The notes beneath the pieces are model-generated. The model was given only the letters and a program-made list of their open reading frames with translations, did not search any database and had not been told where the DNA came from. A DNA stretch of 64,000 nt, from assembly GCA_031458695.1 (NCBI GenBank), contig JAVKJW010000001.1, positions 64,001-128,000 on the forward strand. Reading direction: 5' to 3'. Source of the stretch: Candidatus Thermofontivivens primus. Its GTDB lineage: Bacteria; Sysuimicrobiota; Sysuimicrobiia; Sysuimicrobiales; Thermofontiviventaceae. A program made the position numbers and the translations under genes. Positions 9,726-18,083 of the stretch are shown here, piece after piece (the stretch's first letter is position 1; each line of letters begins with the position of its first letter).

Positions 9726-10862
9726 TCAACGCACCCGGGCGAGCTCAAGGATCTCGGATAGCGCTTCCACCACGTAGTCGAGATCCTCTTCGGTTGTCGC
9801 CCTCCCCATAGAGAACCGGACGGTTCCCGCAGCGATCTCGGGGGGAAGCCCGATCGCCTCAAGGACGTGGGAGGGCTCCAAAGTCCCGGAGGTACAAGCT
9901 GAGCCGCTGCTTGCTGCCACCCCTCGTAGGTCGAGGGCAAGAAGGATGGACTCGCTGTCCATCCCCTTAAAGGAAACGTTCACATTGTTGGGGAGTCTGC
10001 AGGTGGGATGGCCGTTCAGGGTGACTTCCCCAAGAGAGAGGAGCGCTGTGATGAACCGGTCCCGGAGTCGGGTGAGAGTAGCCGCCTCCTCGGCCATCAC
10101 CTCTTGTGCAATCTCCATAGCCTTGCCAAAACCGACGATCGCAGGAACGTTCTCCGTCCCCGCCCTCCGGTTGCGCTCCTGGGATCCCCCGCGTAGGATC
10201 GGAGCGATGGGGGTCCCCTGACGGACGTACAAGGCTCCTACACCCTTGGGCCCATACCGCTTGTGCGCAGACATCGAGAGAAGGTCTACCTTCAGGGCAT
10301 CGACGTGCACAGGGAGAATTCCCACCGTCTGGGTGGCGTCGGTATGGAAGGGAATCCCGTGCTCCCGCGCGATCTCACCAATCTCTTCAATGGGCTCGAT
10401 GGTTCCGATCTCGTTGTTGGCATGCATCACGGAGATCAAGATGGTGTCCGGCCGAATCGCCCTGCGTACCTCGTCAGGATCAACAAGCCCGTACCGATCC
10501 ACTGGGAGGTAAGTCACCTCAAAACCTCTCGACTCCAGGAAACGGCAGGGCTCTAGGACCGCATGGTGCTCGATGCGCGTTGTGATGATATGACCCTTCC
10601 CTTCGCTCGCCAGGGCGGTTCCCAAGATGGCCAGGTTATCCGCCTCCGTGGCTCCGCTTGTGAACACGATCTCGGAAGGAGTTGCGCCAATGGTAGCCGC
10701 TACGATCTCCCGGGCGTGGTCAATAGCTCCCCTGGCTTCCTGCCCCCAGGCGTGGATGCTCCCAGCATTCCCAAAGCGCTCCCGGAAGTATGGGAGCATG
10801 GCCTCGAGGACTCGTGGATCCACAGGCGTTGTGGCGGCGTGATCCAAATAAACCCGGCGCAT
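9726..10862 (-). CDS. iscS: Cysteine desulfurase (IscS/NifS family)
   Basis: YLDHAATTP, FTSGATEADN, SMSAHK(PLP)RYGPKG, SSGSACTS. Confidence 0.95.
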   Translation of the reverse strand: MRRVYLDHAATTPVDPRVLEAMLPYFRERFGNAGSIHAWGQEARGAIDHAREIVAATIGATPSEIVFTSGATEADNLAILGTALASEGKGHIITTRIEHHAVLEPCRFLESRGFEVTYLPVDRYGLVDPDEVRRAIRPDTILISVMHANNEIGTIEPIEEIGEIAREHGIPFHTDATQTVGILPVHVDALKVDLLSMSAHKRYGPKGVGALYVRQGTPIAPILRGGSQERNRRAGTENVPAIVGFGKAMEIAQEVMAEEAATLTRLRDRFITALLSLGEVTLNGHPTCRLPNNVNVSFKGMDSESILLALDLRGVAASSGSACTSGTLEPSHVLEAIGLPPEIAAGTVRFSMGRATTEEDLDYVVEALSEILELARVR

Positions 10863-10948
10863 CGTGGACCCCTCCCTCCACGAACGGCTACAACACCGTG
10901 CAGAGACAGCCGGCGAAAACCTTCAGGACCCCGCACGATGGGAGATAC

Positions 10949-11290
10949 CTACGGCTCGAGATCTTTGACAACGACGGGGAGAGGAAGGGCAACTGCGATC
11001 CGGCGTGGTCTCCGGCGATCGATGATCCACCCCTTCCCCTCACGATGGGAGGTGGAAGCGCGGAGCTTGGCTTTTACTTCCCGCAGAGGGACCTTCCGCT
11101 TGGTGACAAGGTAGCGGATGAATTGTAACCGCTCGATATCCCGCCACGAGTAGAGCCGGAACCCAGTATGACGATCACGATAGGGGCTTACGAGGCCCTT
11201 CGCCTCCCAGGAGCGCAGGGTAGAAGGGGAACACCCAATCAAACCTGCCACCACACCAATGGGGAAAAGCGGTCGGCTTAGATCCCTCAT
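10949..11290 (-). CDS. Short MerR-family (HspR-like) HTH transcriptional regulator
   Basis: IGVVAGLIGCSPSTLRSWEAKGLVSPYR..GFRLYS; GAGGAGG RBS. Confidence 0.85.
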   Translation of the reverse strand: MRDLSRPLFPIGVVAGLIGCSPSTLRSWEAKGLVSPYRDRHTGFRLYSWRDIERLQFIRYLVTKRKVPLREVKAKLRASTSHREGKGWIIDRRRPRRIAVALPLPVVVKDLEP

Positions 11291-11347
11291 GCGTTTGCCT
11301 CCTCAGGATTGATTCCAACTCGAAGGCCCAGTTCTTCCAGAGGGGAA

Positions 11348-11377
11348 CTCTGGCAAAAGTTCAGACTTTTGCCAGAG
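11348..11377. repeat. Perfect 13-bp inverted repeat in the leader of the MerR-type gene
   Basis: CTCTGGCAAAAGT-TCAG-ACTTTTGCCAGAG. Confidence 0.85.
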
Positions 11378-11428
11378 GGATTTTACACAGGGATAGTATA
11401 CCACGGCAGGGATCTCCCTGCGCAGGAG

Positions 11429-11442
11429 CAAACATATGTTCG
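11429..11442. promoter_or_regulatory. Putative LexA (Cheo-type) SOS box
   Basis: CAAAC-ATAT-GTTCG, one mismatch to CGAAC-N4-GTTCG; lies upstream of a TG-n-TATACT -10 element (11395-11403, minus strand). Confidence 0.55.
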
Positions 11443-11452
11443 CTCGTAGGTG

Positions 11453-12277
11453 TTAAGGAAGTGGAAGAGGGGAACGGCTCCGCGCGGTGAAGGTCCAAAT
11501 CTGAGTATACCCGGCTTCCCTGATGAGAGCGAGGATTCTGTCGAAATCCCTCCCCACATGGTCGGGCTCGTGGGCGTCAGAGCTTGGCACCACGGGAACG
11601 CCGAGCCTGGCCAGGATCCTAAGAATCTGTGGGCCAGGATAGACCTCCCTAACAGGCTTGTACCACCCGGCCGAGCTCACCTCCACGCAAACCCCTGCCC
11701 GCCAGAGAACCCGGGCTACCTCCTCATACAGCGCGGTCATCTCCTCAGATGGACGGTACCCGAAGATCTTCACCACATCCACGTGGCCGATCACGTCGAA
11801 AAGTCCTGAAGCAGCGGCCGCCTCAATGTGACGGAAGTACTGGTGGTAGACCTGGGCGGGGTCTTGTCGGTCCCATTCCTCCCGTTCATTGGGGTCATCT
11901 ATGGCCCACCACCTTCTCTCATTGCGCAACCAGTGGACCGAGCCAATAGCATAGTCCCATGGATAGGCTTCAAGGATGCGAGCAACCTCCTCCTCATGGC
12001 CAGGGATGTAGTCCCACTCCATCCCCAGCTTCACAGGAAAACCCAGCTCCTTCGCCTGCTCTACCAGGCGCACATATTCCTCTAATCTCCGCGCCCACTG
12101 GGCATCTATCCAAGGGTTTTCGGTGGGATAGATCCCGCGGCACTCCCGGAAGTGATAGGGGTGTTCACTGAACCCAATCTCCCGGAGCCCGCGCCCTGTG
12201 GCAACGCGCACGAACTCCCTCAGGTAGTCCAGGGAGAAAGGCCCACGCTCTAAGTGGATGTGATAGTCAACAGGCAT
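11453..12277 (-). CDS. PHP-family histidinol-phosphatase (HisJ/HisK-like)
   Basis: Start MPVDYHIH. GFSEH, DYAIGSVH, GHVD and SSDAH motifs. Confidence 0.85.
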   Translation of the reverse strand: MPVDYHIHLERGPFSLDYLREFVRVATGRGLREIGFSEHPYHFRECRGIYPTENPWIDAQWARRLEEYVRLVEQAKELGFPVKLGMEWDYIPGHEEEVARILEAYPWDYAIGSVHWLRNERRWWAIDDPNEREEWDRQDPAQVYHQYFRHIEAAAASGLFDVIGHVDVVKIFGYRPSEEMTALYEEVARVLWRAGVCVEVSSAGWYKPVREVYPGPQILRILARLGVPVVPSSDAHEPDHVGRDFDRILALIREAGYTQIWTFTARSRSPLPLP

Positions 12278-12285
12278 GGCTATCC

Positions 12286-13038
12286 TCAGCGCATCACGAT
12301 CCCGCCGTCGATCACCAGGGTCTGCCCAGTGATATACTCTGCATCCTTCGACGCAAGGAACAGCACGCCTTCTGCAACTTCTTCCGGGAGACCCACACGC
12401 CGGAGGGGGATCGCTGCGGCAAACCTTTGGCGGATCTCCTCGGTCCACTCCTCCGGTTTGCTGTCGATGATCCCAGGGACAACGCAGTTGACGCGCACAG
12501 TAGGGGCTAGTTCGTAGCTCATCCGTTTGGTCAGCATGATCACACCGGCCTTGCTGGCTGCGTAGGGGACAGAGGTATCATAACCGGGGTAAGGGTGCAA
12601 ACCCCCGCCGGAGGCGATATTGATGATGACGCCGGAACCCTGGGCGAGCATCACCCTCGCTGCGGCCTGGGAGCAGAGGAAGGTTCCCTTGAGGTTCGTC
12701 CCTAGGACGAAGTCCCATAACTCCTCGCTCACCTCAAGCAAAGGCTTCGAGGTGAACACCGCGGCATTGTTCACGAGCACATCCAGTCGGCCAAACTTCC
12801 TGACGACCTCCTGGACCATTCCCTCGACATCTCGCCGGTTGCTGACGTCTGCGCGCACGGCGATCGCTTCCCCTCCCGCTTTCTGGATCTCCGCCACGGT
12901 TCGTATGGCGCCCACTTCGGACATACGATAGTTGACCACGACCTTCGCTCCTTCTTGTCCAAAAGCTATGGCGATGGCCCGCCCGATCCCGCGCCCCCCT
13001 CCTGTGACGAGCACGACCTGGTCTTTGAACCTTCCCAT
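12286..13038 (-). CDS. Short-chain dehydrogenase/reductase (FabG-like)
   Basis: TGGGRGIG, NNAA, YAASK, ITGQTLVIDGG. Confidence 0.92.
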   Translation of the reverse strand: MGRFKDQVVLVTGGGRGIGRAIAIAFGQEGAKVVVNYRMSEVGAIRTVAEIQKAGGEAIAVRADVSNRRDVEGMVQEVVRKFGRLDVLVNNAAVFTSKPLLEVSEELWDFVLGTNLKGTFLCSQAAARVMLAQGSGVIINIASGGGLHPYPGYDTSVPYAASKAGVIMLTKRMSYELAPTVRVNCVVPGIIDSKPEEWTEEIRQRFAAAIPLRRVGLPEEVAEGVLFLASKDAEYITGQTLVIDGGIVMR

Positions 13039-13093
13039 GGTCTCCTCCTCAGCGTTTCGGGAAAATTGGATTGTTGTGCATGTGGGGGTAGGG

Positions 13094-13807
13094 TTAAGGC
13101 TGGCCGTGGCGCACGCGCCGCACAAAGACCTCCTTGGCTGGGTGGTCTGAGGTCAGGATTGCCTGGGCGACCTGTTCCCGGTCATACTCGACCCGCCGCA
13201 GCTCCACCTCCCACCCATTCTGGGAATAGGTGAACACGCCATAGCTCGCCCGCGGGTCGCCGTCCAAGGGGAACCCCACACTCCCCACATTGACCAGGAG
13301 GCGATCCCCTACCACTCTCTGGTAGGCTCTGTGAATATGCCCGTAGACAAGCACCTTGCAGGATGCTGCATCCACGGCTCTCCTGGCCTCCTCCTCTGAA
13401 GCATCTGGAAGGAGCGAAGCCTCGATGTCCCATGGGGTGGCGTGGACGAGGACGAGGTCGTCCCCTGTAAGAGAGATCTTGTGGGAGAAAGGGAGCCCTT
13501 CCAGGTAGCGGATGTGTTCTTCCGAGAGATATTTCCTCGTCCACTGCACAAGGGGGGTGGCCATCTGCATCCGCGCCCATCCTTGCACGATCCACTCGTC
13601 GGTATTCCCCCGGATAACCCCGAAGTTCCCGCCCCGGATGCGGTTCACGCACTCCGCTGCGTGCGGGCCACCGAACGCAAGATCCCCGGCGATGAGAATG
13701 GTGTCCACATCTCCCAGTCTCTGGATGTCCTCAAGAACCGCCTCAAGCGCGGGAAGGTTTCCATGGACGTCGGAAAATATGGCAATGCGCATCCTCTCCC
13801 TCCTCAC
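13094..13807 (-). CDS. Calcineurin-like metallophosphoesterase (YfcE/MJ0936-like)
   Basis: SDVHGN, AGD, RGNTD, GHIH, NVGSVG. Confidence 0.9.
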   Translation of the reverse strand: MRRERMRIAIFSDVHGNLPALEAVLEDIQRLGDVDTILIAGDLAFGGPHAAECVNRIRGGNFGVIRGNTDEWIVQGWARMQMATPLVQWTRKYLSEEHIRYLEGLPFSHKISLTGDDLVLVHATPWDIEASLLPDASEEEARRAVDAASCKVLVYGHIHRAYQRVVGDRLLVNVGSVGFPLDGDPRASYGVFTYSQNGWEVELRRVEYDREQVAQAILTSDHPAKEVFVRRVRHGQP

Positions 13808-14427
13808 CCTGAGAACACGACCTCCACGAACCCTTTGATGATCCGGGCGGTCGCGCCCCAGATGACATGTGTTCCATAGTAGTAGAAGTAGAGGGGGACA
13901 GCCCTCCCCTCCACGTACCGGTACGCCGTGCGCAGGTTGTCTTCCTGAAGGAAGAAGCTGAGGGGGACGGTGAGGATCTCGCGGATCTCCCGTGTGTTGG
14001 GTTGGAAGGAGTAAGGATAGGGGATGCGACCGACAAAGGGGGTAATGATGAACCCAGAAACCACCGTCTCCACGTCATCAAGGGTGCCCAGGATGGTCAC
14101 GTCCTCTGGTCGGATCCCCACCTCCTCCTGGGTCTCCCGGAGCACTGTGGCCAGAAGGTCAGGGTCCCCAGCTTCTGCAGCACCTCCGGGGAAAGAGATC
14201 TGCCCCTTGTGGTGCTCAACAGCCTCGGTGCGTCTCGTCAGGAGGAGATACGTCTCATCCTCCTGATGGAAAAGCGGAATCAACACCGCCGCCCGGCGGT
14301 GGCCACGGGCGGTCAAAACCCTGCGCGTCCTCGCAGCCAGGCGTTGCCGAATATGCTCGTCCAGATCTAACCCCATCCCCTGCCAACGCCAGGGAGACCG
14401 ATGTTCCCTCTCCACCTCTTCCCTCAC
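13804..14427 (-). CDS. Nudix hydrolase, CoA pyrophosphatase family
   Basis: AAVLIPL, HKGQISFPGG, LRETQEEVG, IWGATA; GTGA overlaps with both neighbours. Confidence 0.92.
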   Translation of the reverse strand: MREEVEREHRSPWRWQGMGLDLDEHIRQRLAARTRRVLTARGHRRAAVLIPLFHQEDETYLLLTRRTEAVEHHKGQISFPGGAAEAGDPDLLATVLRETQEEVGIRPEDVTILGTLDDVETVVSGFIITPFVGRIPYPYSFQPNTREIREILTVPLSFFLQEDNLRTAYRYVEGRAVPLYFYYYGTHVIWGATARIIKGFVEVVFSG

Positions 14428-14612
14428 GTGCGCACCGCCTTGCGACCGCCCAGACGGTCAAGAAAGCGCAGGATCTTGCGGGAGATGTGGTTCTCCGGTT
14501 TCCCAATGGACCAGTCGCGCAGGAACGCAAGCCCAAGCGCCCCCCAAAGGGCGAGGACGAAGAACACGACGACGAGTTGCAAGAATCCGCTGACGAGCTG
14601 TCCGAGCGTCAC
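14424..14612 (-). CDS. Small hypothetical membrane protein
   Basis: GGAGGT RBS before GTG, one long hydrophobic segment, stop overlaps the Nudix start. Confidence 0.55.
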   Translation of the reverse strand: MTLGQLVSGFLQLVVVFFVLALWGALGLAFLRDWSIGKPENHISRKILRFLDRLGGRKAVRT

Positions 14613-14731
14613 CGGTCCGTTCACCTCCCGTCCTTGAACGTACCCCTCCTCAGATTCTATGCGCTTCCCCTCCCGAAACGCAACCACCTTTCAGTTGGGA
14701 AGGATATTCTCGAGCGAAGGAGAAAACCCTG

Positions 14732-16255
14732 GTGAGGATGGAGGACGGGTTCATCTGTCAGGTGGGGAGCGTGCCAGGAGGCAGCGCGGGGGGGAAGCGA
14801 GAGATCTACCTCCTTAAGGCGAAGGAGCTGCCTCCGGAAGTCATTGCTGTCACCTTTGCCAAGACAAGCCGCAGCCCTCAATCATTTCGAGAGATTGCCT
14901 CAGAGCTCACAAGTGAAAAATCGGCGGAGTTCCACGAGAAGTGGGTCTTAGGATACGGCCACGCCTCTGTGGCCGAACACGCTGTCCTGCACATCGCCCT
15001 GGAGAACGTCTCCCGGCTCGCCATCGAGGCCCTGGAGTCGACCCGCCTCGCCTCCTACACGGAGAAGTCCACGCGCTACCAGATCTTCAGCGCGTTCTAC
15101 CTCCCTCGGAGGATCGTCCAATCTCCCTTCGCCGACCTGTATGTGGAGACGTGCAACCACCTGTTTGCGACCTACCACAGCTTCCTTGACCCCCTCCGGC
15201 GCCTCATCCAAGAATGGTACCCAAGAAGGGAAGGGGAGTCGGACCGGGCGTATGCAAGTCGCATCCATTCTCGATACATTGATGTGTGCCGTTACCTCCT
15301 TCCCTGTGCTACCCTTGCCAACGTAGGTGTGACCATCAACGCCAGGAGCCTTGAGCACATGATCTCCAAGATGCTCTCCCACCCTCTCGAGGAGGTACGG
15401 GCGATTGGAGAGGAGCTCAAGACTACTGCAGCCCAGGAAACTCCGACTCTGGTCAAGTACGCCGCCCCGAATCCCTACCTCATAGAAACCCAAGCCGTCC
15501 TCAAGGACCTTGCCAGAGGGGCAGGGAGGCAAGGGAGCATGGGAGAAGAAGAGGAATCTGTGCGACTTGTGGATTATACCCCCGACGCGGAGATCAAACT
15601 TGCGGCCAGCTTGCTCTATCGGTACGGAGGCGGTTCCTATCCTCAGGCCTTGCACTATGCGAGGAGCCTCCCCCGCCACGCACTGGAGCGGATTCTCCAG
15701 GAAGCCCTCTGTCGCCTGGGGCGGTTCGATGTCCCACTACGCGAGTTCGAACACATCACCTACACTTTCGACATCCTCTGCGACCAGGGAGCCTACTTCG
15801 ATCTGAAACGCCATCGCATGGCTACACAGTCCCCCCAGAGCCCAACTGTGGAGAATGGATATGCGATCCCCAAAGCCATTGAAGAAGCCGGGCTGCGCCC
15901 TGCTTTTGAGCAGTCCATGGAGATGGCCACAGAGGCCTACCGGCGTATCTCCAAGACATTCCCAGAGGAGGCCGCCTACCTCGTCACGAACGCGCACAAC
16001 CGGCGGTTCCTCCTCACCTGCAACCTCCGCGAGCTCTACCACCTCGTCTCGCTTCGGAGCCGGAGCAACGGGCATTTCGCTTACCGACGGATCGCCCTGC
16101 GGATGTACGAGCTGGTCAGAGAGGTCCACCCGCTTCTTGTGCGCTACCTTCCCCTGGAGCAGCCCGTCCCAACGAGCGAGGAGCTCACGGCGCAGTTCTT
16201 TGCGACAACCTGCCACATCCCCAAGTCAACGGAGTACACCAGCTCCAGGTCGTGA
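14732..16255 (+). CDS. thyX: FAD-dependent thymidylate synthase with tandem ThyX domains
   Basis: GHASVAEHA, SYTEKSTRY and NARSLEH in the first half; PLREFEH, RHR and NLRELYH in the second half. Confidence 0.88.
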   Translation: MRMEDGFICQVGSVPGGSAGGKREIYLLKAKELPPEVIAVTFAKTSRSPQSFREIASELTSEKSAEFHEKWVLGYGHASVAEHAVLHIALENVSRLAIEALESTRLASYTEKSTRYQIFSAFYLPRRIVQSPFADLYVETCNHLFATYHSFLDPLRRLIQEWYPRREGESDRAYASRIHSRYIDVCRYLLPCATLANVGVTINARSLEHMISKMLSHPLEEVRAIGEELKTTAAQETPTLVKYAAPNPYLIETQAVLKDLARGAGRQGSMGEEEESVRLVDYTPDAEIKLAASLLYRYGGGSYPQALHYARSLPRHALERILQEALCRLGRFDVPLREFEHITYTFDILCDQGAYFDLKRHRMATQSPQSPTVENGYAIPKAIEEAGLRPAFEQSMEMATEAYRRISKTFPEEAAYLVTNAHNRRFLLTCNLRELYHLVSLRSRSNGHFAYRRIALRMYELVREVHPLLVRYLPLEQPVPTSEELTAQFFATTCHIPKSTEYTSSRS

Positions 16256-16317
16256 GGGAGAAAAGGGCAGCGCATAAGTCTCGGATCCAAGAGATGGGAG
16301 CAAGGGAAACCGTGGAA

Positions 16318-16410
16318 AATAAAAAAGCCAGCGGCTGCGCTTTACCAAGTTAGGCCGGGTTACTCCAGCGGAGCACCTCCTCCCATCTCGGTACCCGCTT
16401 GCCGCTGGCA
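16318..16410 (-). ncRNA. Candidate small RNA: rod-shaped hairpin ending in a U tract
   Basis: GCCAGCGGC/GCCGCTGGC closing stem, inner stems TACCGAG/CTTGGTA and GCTCC/GGAGT, then TTTTTTATTT. The 5' end coincides with the predicted +1 of a consensus promoter. Confidence 0.6.
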
Positions 16411-16416
16411 ATGTTC

Positions 16417-16445
16417 ACGTTACCACAAGATTCCCCTCCCGTCAA
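16417..16445 (-). promoter_or_regulatory. Sigma70-type promoter of the candidate sRNA
   Basis: TTGACG-17 bp-TAACGT with TG extension. Confidence 0.65.
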
Positions 16446-16448
16446 TCG

Positions 16449-16462
16449 TGAACGTATATTCG
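16449..16462. promoter_or_regulatory. Putative LexA (Cheo-type) SOS box
   Basis: TGAAC-GTAT-ATTCG, 3 bp upstream of the -35 element. Confidence 0.45.
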
Positions 16463-16495
16463 ATACTGTACTCTGCAATTGGAAGGATCAAGCCC

Positions 16496-17425
16496 CTACG
16501 AGGGCGGGGAACCTCCACCCCCGCTTCGTTTGGCATAATACCGGATGTAGCCCTGGACGTTCATCAAATAGCTGCTGGCGATGTCGTAGCGCTCGATAAG
16601 GTCTTCGCCACCAAAGGCCCTGAGCTCCTGGGCGGCGAGGGCTTTCACCTGTTCGGCAATCTCCTCCTCCCTTATCCCCTTCTCTAACCCCTCCTTCACG
16701 AGCCTCCCGGTGGTGTAAAGACGCTCCTCCAACTGATCTAGGAGATCCATGGCATCCCCCTTGGGCCCATAGTGCGTGAGGAGGAGCCTGCGGGGGCGCA
16801 ACAGGCGAAGGCGCTGGAGGGACTGTGACCAGGACTCCAGATCCAGGTCTGGAGGAGGTGTAGGTGGGCGCACGTAGTGAACTCCGGGAAGGCTCACACC
16901 GGCGATATCCCCCGTGAACACGTCCCCGCGCTCCTCGTCCCAGTACACCACATGGTGGGGAGCGTGTCCCGGTGTATCCACGGCCACGAGTGTGCGCCGG
17001 CCGAGGCGAATGCGCTCCCCGTCCTGCACAACGTGGATCGCCTCAGGGGGAACAGGCACAACCTCCCCCCACAGGCGATCAAGGTCGTCCCCGAAAATTT
17101 TCTGGGCGCTGCGGATCAGCCGAGAAGGATCCTGGAGGTGCGGCGCGCCCACCGCATGCACGTAAACCTTCAAGTGGGGGAACCGCCGAACGAGCTCCCC
17201 GCTGGCCCCCGCATGGTCGAGGTGAATGTGCGTCACGAGGAGGAGCTGCAAGTCCCGAGGGTCCATCCCAGCCTTCTCGATACCCCGGAGCAACCTCTCC
17301 ACCGTCCTCGTCGGGCCCACTTCCACGAGTGCCGGAACTTCGTCCCGCACAAGGTAGCTCGCGATGATCTCTGGCCTACCGAGGTGACAGTGGTCAATGA
17401 GGAAGATATCCTCGTCAATCCACAT
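16496..17425 (-). CDS. Metallo-beta-lactamase fold hydrolase
   Basis: THIHLDHAG, TPGHAPHH, FTGD, THYG. Confidence 0.92.
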   Translation of the reverse strand: MWIDEDIFLIDHCHLGRPEIIASYLVRDEVPALVEVGPTRTVERLLRGIEKAGMDPRDLQLLLVTHIHLDHAGASGELVRRFPHLKVYVHAVGAPHLQDPSRLIRSAQKIFGDDLDRLWGEVVPVPPEAIHVVQDGERIRLGRRTLVAVDTPGHAPHHVVYWDEERGDVFTGDIAGVSLPGVHYVRPPTPPPDLDLESWSQSLQRLRLLRPRRLLLTHYGPKGDAMDLLDQLEERLYTTGRLVKEGLEKGIREEEIAEQVKALAAQELRAFGGEDLIERYDIASSYLMNVQGYIRYYAKRSGGGGSPPS

Positions 17426-17452
17426 CCTCCGACTCCTTTCTCACACCGTGGT

Positions 17453-17926
17453 TCATCCTCGTTGATCCCTGGCATAGAACGGGGCGAGTTTCTCAGCGAC
17501 TTGCTCCAGGAACCTTATGTCCTCGTCACGAAAGGCATCGAGGATGTCGGCGTCGATGTCGATCTCCGCACGCACATGCCCTTCGGAAATGATCGGGACG
17601 ACAACCTCGGACCTTGTGTAGGGGAAGCAAGCAAGATACCTGGGATCTTTGCTCACATCGGGCACCACCTCTGTCCGTCCCGAGGCAGCTGCAGCGCCGC
17701 ACACCCCTTTCCCTATGGGAATACGCGTATGCTCCGTTGCTTCGGGCCCCCTCCAAGGCCCCAAGACGAGCTCTTCCCCTTCCACTCGGTAGATCCCCAC
17801 CCAGGTGAAGTGAGGGAACTTCCTGTGCAGGTACTCCACTACGGCCTCCTCTGCCTTTGCCCTCTCCCCTGCCTGGGCGATGATCTGTGCGATTTCCTCT
17901 AGCGCAACGACAGGATCGAAGTCCAT
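17453..17926 (-). CDS. GAF-domain protein, free methionine-R-sulfoxide reductase (MsrC/YebR)-like
   Basis: WVGIY, LVLGPWRG, GKGVCG, YLAC, SEVVVPI, IDID. Confidence 0.85.
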   Translation of the reverse strand: MDFDPVVALEEIAQIIAQAGERAKAEEAVVEYLHRKFPHFTWVGIYRVEGEELVLGPWRGPEATEHTRIPIGKGVCGAAAASGRTEVVPDVSKDPRYLACFPYTRSEVVVPIISEGHVRAEIDIDADILDAFRDEDIRFLEQVAEKLAPFYARDQRG

Positions 17927-17995
17927 AGGCACCTCCCTTAAATATACCACGCGTGGGAAACCACACGCGAGTTCTGTTCCGAGAGTATCTCAACT

Positions 17996-18048
17996 ATTAT
18001 ACCCAACTAGCATCCTAAGTTTACAATTCCGCCTAGTTCCCTTAAAAT
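17996..18048. promoter_or_regulatory. Overlapping divergent promoters between the GAF gene and the SufR-like gene
   Basis: Plus strand TTTACA-17 bp-TAAAAT (18020-18048); minus strand TATAAT at 17996-18001. Confidence 0.55.
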
Positions 18049-18083
18049 GGGAGAGTGAGCAACGTGTAGGGGGAGATGTGCCT

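Noticed and set aside
16327..16409. Hairpin as SRP RNA, tRNA-Sec or a known riboswitch
   Set aside because: It lacks the SRP GNRA loop with CAGG/AGCA internal loop, has no cloverleaf, and has no downstream gene on the same strand. Kept as an unknown sRNA candidate.
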